NCBI GenBank assembly: GCA_003614675.1
Contig: ML002224.1
Coordinates: forward strand, 1 to 64,000
Origin: Dimargaris cristalligena
Taxonomy: Eukaryota
DNA: 64,000 nucleotides
Direction of reading: 5' to 3'
In this document: positions 36,928 to 46,223 of the stretch, in pieces
How positions within the stretch are numbered: the first letter of the stretch is position 1
How the letters are laid out: each line of letters starts with the position of its first letter
Made by a program: the position numbers and the translations under genes
Notes under the pieces: generated by a model
What the model was told of the DNA's origin: nothing
Database searches by the model: none
The model's input: the letters and a program-made list of their open reading frames with translations, nothing else

Positions 36928-38925
36928 TTAGAGTTTAGAAGGCTGCACCCGTCCACTATACCGTTTGCATAGTTCGCCCATATCCACCAACGCCTGCTCA
37001 ATCTGTTCGCGCAGCGCGGCCACGTTCGCACCTCCGGTCCGTTTACCCTCGATGCCGAACTTCATCCGTTCATTTTCCTTCATGTAATTGATACCATAAC
37101 CGCCTTCGGGGACAACACAGCCAAACCCGGCGACTATGAGGTTGAGACCCTCGTGGATAGAACTAGTACTGAGGCGCCAGGTGGTGGAAGCGGTGAAGGC
37201 CGGATCGGTAAAGATGGGGTGCAGAGTAGTAGCAGGGGTGGTTGAGAGCTTGAGGGCCGCCAGTTTCAGGCCAAGCAAATGGCGGTCCACTCCCTGCCCT
37301 TCAGCCGCTTGAGATGCCAGCCGGGTGTGCTGGGTAGTGGCTCGACGAAGGGCCTCGTACAGATGCTCTACTTTCTTCTTGTCACTGGCGGAAGGGACTT
37401 GGCCCGGCTGACGTCCAAACGCCTCCACAAATGCAGCCGCCTCAGTCGTCAATACACGTACGGTTTCGGTACGTCCGCGGAAATACTTGCGGGTGCTTCC
37501 CGTTTCATAGGTTGGAGTAGTGTGCCCGTGGACCCGGTAGTAAGCCAATTGGAGGGCCATTTGCACATAGGCATCGGGCCCCATTTTAGCCACACGTTTG
37601 ATAAAGTTATTGCCGTATTGCTCGAAATTAATGCGGGTTACTTGGCTTGCCCGTTGGAGGTTGGTAATGACGGCTTGGGCACGTTGGATCATACCGTGGA
37701 TGTGAGCGTCGGTTTGGAAACGGAGTCGCCGGGGGGCAGAGTAGCGGTGGTTGCTGCGGGGAATTACGTCCGGATAGCGGGTGGGAATATTAAGAAGGTA
37801 GTCGAAAAAATAGGCCGGGATCAGCGCCTCGCAGGGGGCGTGTTCACCGTTAAGTCCCGCGCGGCCACTGGACTCCACAATGATCTGGACCGTTTTATCA
37901 AACCAGCGATTATGGCCATTACGACCGATCATCATATTATGTATCGAGTCGTTGTATTTCTCGCCCTGGCTGAAATCATCCAGGCACACCATGAATAGGG
38001 CGGTTTCAATCGAATCCAAAGCCTCGGCATTGATCGGACTCAATCCACGCAGATAGGCGTAATTCTCCGCCCACGAGTCGCGTTGGTCGCCCGTTAAAAC
38101 GCTTACCGGGGGATCCAGGGTAGTGGCTCGCTCAACATCCTGGATAATAGCCCATAGTTGATCTTCAATATCGCCCTCGGCCAGCCGAATAGGCGACGCC
38201 GGTTCCGCCTGGGCAAACACCGGCACTCGATACACTTGGTCCTTAACCAACACCGTGATGTGCTGCATCGACAGTGCCGGGCTGATCCGGCGGATTTCGT
38301 CGCGGCCGGGGCGGGGGATGCGGGTGCTGCCGAACATACGGTAGTACTGGTCCATGCATATGGCACCTTGCCGACCCTTTTCGATGGGGATTCGGCCTTG
38401 CTCGATGACCTCAAGGTAGTTGAGGGCTTCGTTGATTAAGTGAGCAGCCCGGCGGATTTGAAACGGGGTGAAGGTGCCCTTGGGGGCACCGCCACCGTGA
38501 CCGGGGTTAATGCCTTTAGCGACTACCGCTGCGGGCGTGGGTGCGAAGACCGGCACTCCGACGGTGGGGGGTTGAAACGGAGGCTGGTTAGGGTCGTCCC
38601 GACCGACAATGTAATAGTTCGAATTGACTGGTAGAGGTTCCCGCCACTCCAAGTAGGCACACTGAAGCCACCAAGCGTCGAGCCATGTGGTGGGTTGGGT
38701 ACGGTCGTACGCCTGCAACAGGCCCTGGAGACGCTCGCCTTCACCACCGGGTCTGACAAAGTCTTTTACGATTGGGGAACTCTTGGCCCATTCCGTTTCG
38801 GTCAAGACGGGTTTCAGGGACGCAAGGTACCGCTCAGCGGTTTGGGCTAGAGTGGGAATGGGCAGGCGGGGGAGAGTACTCTGGAGAGCCCGGGTGTCCT
38901 CGCGTGAGGGGATGGGGGTGGGCAT
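36928..38925 (-). CDS. Carnitine O-acyl/acetyltransferase with C-terminal PTS1 (SKL)
   Basis: 665-aa ORF: LPRLPIPTL, WLDAWW..AYLEWREPLPVNSN, NRWFDK, catalytic GEHAPCEA, PDAYVQMALQLA, TYETGSTRKYFRGRTETVR, GVDRHL, WRLSTS, GYGINY; ends in SKL. Confidence 0.94.
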   Translation of the reverse strand: MPTPIPSREDTRALQSTLPRLPIPTLAQTAERYLASLKPVLTETEWAKSSPIVKDFVRPGGEGERLQGLLQAYDRTQPTTWLDAWWLQCAYLEWREPLPVNSNYYIVGRDDPNQPPFQPPTVGVPVFAPTPAAVVAKGINPGHGGGAPKGTFTPFQIRRAAHLINEALNYLEVIEQGRIPIEKGRQGAICMDQYYRMFGSTRIPRPGRDEIRRISPALSMQHITVLVKDQVYRVPVFAQAEPASPIRLAEGDIEDQLWAIIQDVERATTLDPPVSVLTGDQRDSWAENYAYLRGLSPINAEALDSIETALFMVCLDDFSQGEKYNDSIHNMMIGRNGHNRWFDKTVQIIVESSGRAGLNGEHAPCEALIPAYFFDYLLNIPTRYPDVIPRSNHRYSAPRRLRFQTDAHIHGMIQRAQAVITNLQRASQVTRINFEQYGNNFIKRVAKMGPDAYVQMALQLAYYRVHGHTTPTYETGSTRKYFRGRTETVRVLTTEAAAFVEAFGRQPGQVPSASDKKKVEHLYEALRRATTQHTRLASQAAEGQGVDRHLLGLKLAALKLSTTPATTLHPIFTDPAFTASTTWRLSTSSIHEGLNLIVAGFGCVVPEGGYGINYMKENERMKFGIEGKRTGGANVAALREQIEQALVDMGELCKRYSGRVQPSKL

Positions 38926-40852
38926 GGCTTCGGCAGGGTCAAAAGCGAGGTGGTGCGGATACTGGGTTATTGGGGATAGAGAAAGAGAAGAATAGTGTGG
39001 GGAAGTGGAACGTTCGAGCTGGTAAAGCTATGCAATATACACTCTAGTTAACAGTGAGCCTCGGATGAGTAAAGTTAGAGAAGGAGTTTACTAAAAAAAT
39101 AGAGCACCAGGGCCAAAGCGATACTAAAGACAACTATGTAGAAGCGAAGAAGTTGGTGGTATGAGGAAAAGGATGTTGGAGCAATATAGGTGGTGCATTT
39201 ATTCAACCTTTTAAATCTATGCATATATGCGTACGCACTACTCCTTCATTCACGCGCCGGAACATTCACTATGCATCATATGTGGCAGCAGGGTGGTGTA
39301 GTTGGAGCATGTGAAAGCGCTCATGACGGAGTCAACCACCACTTACTTAAATCTAACTCAGCAAATAGTATTTCAGCCCTTGGGCTTCAAGACGGAGAAG
39401 GGAAGTCACAAGTCGAAGGATCACATGTGTGTTAGCTTAGGGTCCTCCGCGCTCTTCCCCTTCGGCATAAGACCGCAGTCCACCAACCTTAACCACGTGA
39501 CTTGTATACTGCCTGGAACGAACCACTCAATACCAGGCTTTTTTAATTCCACTCCTCCTCCCTCCTTTTCACTTTTGGGTCCGCTTCCTTTGAGCGGAGC
39601 AGGGGTCGCTGTACACCAGACAGCATGTCAGTTAGGCAGCGTAGCCGCTGACTGGCACCAGCTACCAGGAGACCGACGAGTCACCTCGATTGGAATATTC
39701 TACGGTAAAAACCCGAGCCCCCCTCTGCCCGTCGTTATAATAGCACCGATACATTGGACCTGCCGTCGTTTTGGCTACATCTTTTTTTACTGACATGGTA
39801 TCCCCCCATGACATTTATTAGAGACTGTCCCCGCACAGTATCAACTATGACGCCCCCCTTGCCAGTCGACTGCGGTTTCAGAACAATTACAAATAAATTG
39901 TACTGGCGTCTTCATAGCGGCGACTCTAGAATAGAGAGGTTTGTTCCTCAGTAGAGTATAGCCAATGATATAATCTAGTATCTTTTAGAATATTTCTCGG
40001 GGGATCATAATCCGGCCTTCGTTTTCTAGAATGAGATGACTATTGTTCATCAATTCACTCAATGCGCGTTTTAAATTATGCGGGGAATCCCTGTTGAATG
40101 AATATGGCCAATGGCAGATGTACCTTGTTCGTTTTGGGCGGTAGGTGGGCCATGATAACTCCCTTCGCACTGTAACCAAATTTACAGGGTAGATTGCACC
40201 CAAGGGATTACCTTACTATCATGGGTGTAGTCGGGTCTTATAACCGGCTCGTTAACTCCTGGTAGTCTTGTGTTCGGATATGTGGTCACCCTGTGATAGA
40301 ACTTACCTATTTCGATTCGGCCTACCCCCCCACACACACCCAACCGAACGCAAATCCCGTTGTTTTTTTCGCGACAACTTGGACTCCCACATTAATGCCT
40401 TATATGGCCACTTCACCTTACTCATTGGTAAACACAATAAGGAAGAAGGGCCTGCGACCATATACCGTTTCCCAATGATGGGGGCCTCGTTCTTATTAGT
40501 GGCTGGCCTGCAATTCTCACCGCTCATCCTCACACCCACCACACGCTTCATGCCTGCTGATCTGCGCCTTAATTTGGGAACCTTTACATCGTTTGCCAAG
40601 AAATCCGCTGCTTCAACTGGCCTTTAATCCTCTCGCTTTCATGTCCGCCGCGAAGCTAAGCTTAGTTATAAAAGCCCGTCGGCGCGGGCCTTGATTGATA
40701 ATGTATTGTTCAGTCTCATACTTATTCAACGGCCTCCAATTGCACCTTCTTCATTTGCGTTGCTTACTCCCAATAACCGCCACTTCACTGGCCCATATTT
40801 TCTAATAGCCTTGTCCTACTACCCCCACTAGCCTAATTATTGTCTTATAACC

Positions 40853-41797
40853 ATGTCCAGCAACACCCACATCGCCTATCCCGATGTCATCGAGGAAGTG
40901 CCAACCCAGACCAGACTTATGAACTATACGCCGCCCAAGTTCGCCAACGAGTTGCCCATCAAGTCGGACTCGCCCTACGAAACGATGGCCAGTGTGGTGG
41001 GTACAACCATTGGCTATCTGGGCATGATTCCCTGCTGCTTCTGCTGCCCCAACCCGTACACTTCTATCCACCAGGGCACCATCGGCCTCATTTCGCACTT
41101 TGGTAAATATTACAAGACAGTGGATCCCGGTTTGGTGAACATTAACCCCCTCGCCGAGTCCATCGACTTGGTCGATGTTCGCTTACAAATTGAGTCCATT
41201 GGCCGTATGCCCATCGTCACCAAAGACAATGTCAATATCACCATCGAATCCGTGGTGTACTGGCACATTATTGACCCCTACCTAGCCACCTACGGCATAT
41301 CGGATGTGCGGAGTGCCCTGGTGGAACGCGCCCAAACGACGCTCCGCGCCGTCCTCGGCACCCGTGTCCTGCAGGACACGATTGAAAACCGGGAAACCAT
41401 CGCCGACGACATTCGGGATATGATTGATATCCCCGCCAAGGCCTGGGGGGTGACCGTCGAGTCCATCCTCATCAAGGACCTCACCTTCAGCACCGAGCTC
41501 CAGGAATCGCTGTCGAGTGCAGCTACCCAAAAACGGATCGGCGAGTCCAAGATTATCGCGGCCCAGGCCGAAGTGGACTCCGCTAAACTGATGCGTGAGG
41601 CGGCCGATATCTTGAATACCCCCGCGGCGATGCAGATTCGGTACTTGGAGACCATGCAGCATATGTCTAAGGGTCCGAATAGTAAGGTGCTGTTCGTGCC
41701 CATGAGTCACCCGTCGCATGCGGCGTTGGACGGAGGGTCGGCTCTCCATTCCTCGGTATCGGATGCCGTGCTTCAAAACCAGCTGGGAAAACTCTAA
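40853..41797 (+). CDS. Stomatin / SPFH (band 7) protein, intronless copy
   Basis: GMIPCCFCCPNPY, VTKDNVNITIESVVYW, RAQTTLRAVLG, WGVTVESILIKD, AEVDSAKLMREAADILNTPAAMQIRYLE. Confidence 0.95.
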   Translation: MSSNTHIAYPDVIEEVPTQTRLMNYTPPKFANELPIKSDSPYETMASVVGTTIGYLGMIPCCFCCPNPYTSIHQGTIGLISHFGKYYKTVDPGLVNINPLAESIDLVDVRLQIESIGRMPIVTKDNVNITIESVVYWHIIDPYLATYGISDVRSALVERAQTTLRAVLGTRVLQDTIENRETIADDIRDMIDIPAKAWGVTVESILIKDLTFSTELQESLSSAATQKRIGESKIIAAQAEVDSAKLMREAADILNTPAAMQIRYLETMQHMSKGPNSKVLFVPMSHPSHAALDGGSALHSSVSDAVLQNQLGKL

Positions 41798-42601
41798 TTG
41801 GAAGCCGCTTTGAGCCTCCCTACATCTTGCCTTGTAATGTATATCCGTCTCCGTCTTTCTTCACTACACTGCATTGATAAATATATACATCCTTATTTTC
41901 TTACATTCCTTGCCTATTTATATATGTTACCCTCCTAACACTTTGAGTTTATGGAGAGACGGGCAATAATGTTCGCAGTTTTATATTGTAATTACACCAC
42001 CCTCTATAGTACCTCTTTATTGCACTCAAATAAATACACTTCTACTTTAATCGTCTCATTTGGTATCAGATGACAATGGTATACCCTTCCGTGGTTAAAA
42101 ACAAATACTTGATTTAATGTATTGAGACTTTAAACCTTGACCCCGGGCACTGTCAAATTTACTTATTGGACTGGTACGCAGGGTACGAATGCCCCTTGGT
42201 CTCACCCGGCCTTCAGCGATTCTAGCGCAGTTGGACAGCTTAAGACTATCAAACAACAGATCGTGTCCCTGACCTGACTCGTTTCAGCCCCTTCCTCATG
42301 TACGCGTAATGAAGAACCTCGCTTAGTCTCTCTCCCCATACCCAAGCATATCGAGTGGCACACACCTTGGGGTATGGGCTCAGAGGTGGGATGGGGAGCG
42401 CCCCAGTACATGTTCTCTGTCGAATATCGCCTTTTTTATTTTTCATCCGTTTAGATAAATTATAATTAATATTTATGCTATTGATCATATCAGTACTGTT
42501 GCACCGCCGCCCTCCTCCTTATGTTACTATACCCCAATTGTCGCCACTATCACCACCAAATCTATTACTTGGATTGTTAGCACTGCTTCTACTCTAAAAA
42601 T

Positions 42602-44420
42602 ATGACTCACTATCAGGACGAACCAGCCTTTCCGACCCATCCGCCAGCTGACCCCAGCCCGAGGGGCATCATTACTAATCCCCCGCCCGAAACGGCCCTA
42701 ATGACCTACGATCCGCCGAAATTTAAATTCGAGACCGCCGTCATCACCGACTCCACCTACGAAGGCATCATCAACTTGATGGGCAAATGTTTCGGTACAT
42801 CCGGTTTAGTAAGTTTTAGTCTTTAGAAAATGGGTTCAATGCTTGGGTTCCCATTGCCAACAGCACTGGCCGCCGCTTTCACGACCCAGTGGGTGCATGG
42901 ATTAGTCAAATGCCTCCATCTATTTATCTCCCCCCCTCCCCGATAAGGGCGACCAAGGCCCACACCCCTCTGGTGTTATTATTATTATTATTATTGGGGG
43001 GGGGGGCTGGGCCAGTTATTGATCGCTGTCAAGACATTGTGCATGTGGGTGTAATATTTAGGGATTAACCAATGTATTATTTTGAACCCTCACCTAAACC
43101 CATATACAGATACCATGCTGCATGTGTTGCCCTAATCCATATGTTGCCATTGAACAAGGTGAGTATGCTGTTTTTGGCCATCCCCAAGATGGAGTTGATG
43201 ACTATTTGTGCATTACATGTAAGTGGATTATGACCAAGGACTTTGGCCCGTTTATGCGCTTACACATCTGTATATTTTTAATCGTTGTTATCATTTGGGT
43301 AAATTTAGGCACGATTGGCCTTATTTCACGCTTCGGAAAGTTCTACAAGGTCGTTGACCCTGGTTTAGTAAGGGTGAACCCTTTGTCTGAGACGGTTACC
43401 ACCATCGATGTGCGAATACAGATTCAGCCCATCGTTCGAATCCCCATCGTAACTCAGGTAGGTAGCATACTCGCTTGTGTAGCGGGGTTTCAAATCGAAT
43501 CCTCAGAAGGGTGGATTTTTGGTATATATATATATATATCTTTAGCAACAATGGAGCTCCTTTGGAGATACGGTGGTTCGCTATATTCATCCCTGCTGTT
43601 GCCCAGTTTCAGCTGAAGAGGAAGGGATGCTCCATACATTAAACTAACTCGGCCCACCCTATTACTATACCTATGGTATTTCGACCTACTTTACCAGGAC
43701 AACGTCAACATCATCATGGACGCTGTCCTCTACTGGTGCATCAGCGACCCCTACCTGGCCACCTTTGGGGTTGTTGATGTCAAAACCGCCCTAATTGAAC
43801 GTGCCCAAACCACGCTCCGCGCTGTGCTAGGTGCCCACGAACTGCAGGACATCATTGAAAACCGGGTGATCATCGCCAACAGTATCCGCGACACCATTGA
43901 CATTCCTGCCAAGGCCTGGGGGGCCAACGTGGAATCAGTCCTTTTCAAGGACCTCACCTTTTCCCCCGAACTGCAGGAGTCGCTGTCGAGTGCGGCGACC
44001 CAGAAACGAATTGGGGAGTCCAAGGTCATTGCGGCCCGGGCGGAAGTGGACGCGGCGCGGTTGATGCGCCAGGCGGCCGAATTGCTGAATACCCCATCGG
44101 CGATGCAGATTAAGTATTTGGAGGCCATGCAACAAATGGCCAAGGGTCCGAATAATAAGTTGTTGTTCGTTCCCATGCAAACTACGAATCCCCCTTATTC
44201 TTCCCAGTCCCAGGGAGAGGAGGGCGATGGCCAAGGGAGTAGTGGTGGTGGATACCCATTAAAACCAGGGCCAGCAACCCCGGCGGGTAATACAGACTGT
44301 GGGGAGTCGCTATCACGAAATGGGCCGTCTTCCCAGGCTCAGCAGATTAATGGACAGGAGGAGAATCTTCATCCTGCAGTTCATCAGGCAGCTCTCTATA
44401 ACCAAATAAGTAACATGTAG
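42602..44420 (+). CDS. Stomatin / SPFH protein, tandem paralogue (4 exons)
   Basis: Exons 42602-42808, 43110-43158, 43309-43457, 43698-44420 join in frame and are collinear with the upstream stomatin (GLIPCCMCCPNPY, VTQDNVNIIMDAVLYW, ELQESLSSAATQKRIGESK). Confidence 0.92.
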
Positions 44421-44457
44421 ATACGAAGACCTTGTGTACAGTATATAATAAACATAT

Positions 44458-44598
44458 GGGTAAAGTTCAGCTTGGTTGTATAAGGTTTTAACCAATATGT
44501 ATATGGGAGAATTGGTGGGATGTTTATTTTCAACCAGTAGTACTTTACTTGCCTCATCAAATGGATTTTTCGTTATACAGCCTTGTTGAACTACTCCC
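44458..44598 (+). mobile_element. MITE copy, full length, ATAT target duplication
   Basis: atat|gggtaaagttcagcttggttgtataa...ttatacagccttgttgaactactccc|atat; by-eye comparison with the 36086 copy shows ~6 substitutions and one 5-bp indel. Confidence 0.9.
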
Positions 44599-45008
44599 AT
44601 ATATAGATCAGTTGGGAATAGCATCACAATATTATCCCTCTCTTGGAAAAACAAAATGGCTTAATTGGGCAAGGCGACTAAAACGGAAGAATCCCGAAGC
44701 ATTATGGTACAAACTGATGTGGGTTTATTGGAGAGAGACTTCCATCTATGGGGAAGAAGGAACATCAGAGGTGAGACACGGCTAAATATGAAGATAAGTT
44801 TTCACACATAGCGGTGGCCAATCTTAGCATGGAAGGACGCTAATGATCAGCGTAAGCTGTGCTGGTCAGTCGAATATAGTTCAAGGGAGGTACTAAACCG
44901 ATGAACTATATAGGAGAGAGAGGGGGGTTGTGAAGAAGATTATGAGTAACAAAGAACCAATGGCAGGCAAGGTCTGATAGGGGAGGAGGGAACTCAAAAG
45001 CACTGAAT

Positions 45009-46223
45009 TTACAACTTGCACTTGGTGGCATCAATGCAGATCTGGGTGTAGCCCTCACCGAACTTGGCGATGTTGAGGGCACGGACCCAGTCGCGCTTGA
45101 GGTCCTCGACGGATTCCAGACCGACGGACACGCGCAGGGTGCGGGGAGAAGCGCACACATCGATGGCGTGACGCCACTCGGCGGAGCTGTGGACACCACC
45201 GAAGGAGGTAGTGTTCTGGGTCAGCTGGAACAGAGTAGGGACAACCTTGGCGTGGGCCTCGACGCAGAACTCGACTTCAAAAACGGCACCGAAACCGTTG
45301 GGGAAGGCGTCGCACAGGTCGTAACCCTTGGGCAGGACCTGGAGGGAAGCGTGGCGCACGCGGCCAATGACACCCTCGGGGATACCTTCGTAACCACGGC
45401 CGCGAGTGGCGCAGTTGAGCCAGGCCACGAGCTGGGTAGCGATGCGGCTCTGCTGGCGCACCCGGAGGTCGAGGGTACGCAGAGAGCGGAGCAGGAGCCA
45501 GGACTCCAGGGAGCCCATGAAGGAGCCCTGGACGGTACGGTGGATGCGGAGCTGCTTGGCCGCGTCGCAGCAGCGGGTGACGATGATGCCGCCCATCACA
45601 TCGGAGTGGCCGGACAGGTACTTGGCGGAAGAGTGGACAATGTAGTTGGCCCCCTGGCGGAAGGGCTGCTGAAGCGGGGGAGGGGCCAGAGTAGCGTCCA
45701 CGACAATAGTGGCACCGACAGCACGGGCGCGGTCGGCGTAGTGACGGACATCAACGATCTCACCGTTGGGGTTGATGGGGTTTTCCAACCACACGAGATC
45801 ACCCTCGCGCAGGCAGTCCATGAGCTCAACGGTCTCAATGGGGGCGACCTTCTTGCGGTACAGGTCAACCACGGCCTTGGTACCGTGGTAGCCGACGGCG
45901 AGCACCAGGCGGCGGGGCTTGAGGTGCAGCAGCAGGGCGAAGGAAGCGGCGAGGCCGGAGGCGTAGGTCACGGCGTGACCGCTTTCGTGGACGGCACCGA
46001 GAACGGTTTCCAAACGGGACCGGACGGGGGTGGACTCGCGGGCGTAGACATGGGTCTCGCTGCCGTAGTTGTTGACACCGAGCTGGGCGGGCAGCTTGAA
46101 GGTGGACGAGACGGAAATGGCGGGGGCCACGTCGGCGGTGACGGACAGGTGCTCGTCAGCGTGGATGCTCAAAGTTGACAGGCTCGACTGCGAAAGAATG
46201 ACGTTCTTGGTATCCTTAATCAT
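45009..46223 (-). CDS. Cys/Met metabolism PLP-dependent enzyme (cystathionine gamma-synthase/lyase family), C-terminal CKL
   Basis: 404-aa ORF: DVAPAISVSSTF, YARESTP, YASGLAA, WLENPINP, VVDATLAPP, PLP-lysine motif HSSAKYLSGHSDVMGG, WLLLRSLRTL, TSFGGVHS, LRVSVGLE. Confidence 0.92.
   Translation of the reverse strand: MIKDTKNVILSQSSLSTLSIHADEHLSVTADVAPAISVSSTFKLPAQLGVNNYGSETHVYARESTPVRSRLETVLGAVHESGHAVTYASGLAASFALLLHLKPRRLVLAVGYHGTKAVVDLYRKKVAPIETVELMDCLREGDLVWLENPINPNGEIVDVRHYADRARAVGATIVVDATLAPPPLQQPFRQGANYIVHSSAKYLSGHSDVMGGIIVTRCCDAAKQLRIHRTVQGSFMGSLESWLLLRSLRTLDLRVRQQSRIATQLVAWLNCATRGRGYEGIPEGVIGRVRHASLQVLPKGYDLCDAFPNGFGAVFEVEFCVEAHAKVVPTLFQLTQNTTSFGGVHSSAEWRHAIDVCASPRTLRVSVGLESVEDLKRDWVRALNIAKFGEGYTQICIDATKCKL

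Noticed and set aside
45168..46178. 336-aa antisense ORF; likewise 32883-33476, 37279-37998 and 41282-41776
   Set aside because: Mirror frames of codon-biased genes that avoid TTA/CTA/TCA; no recognisable domain.
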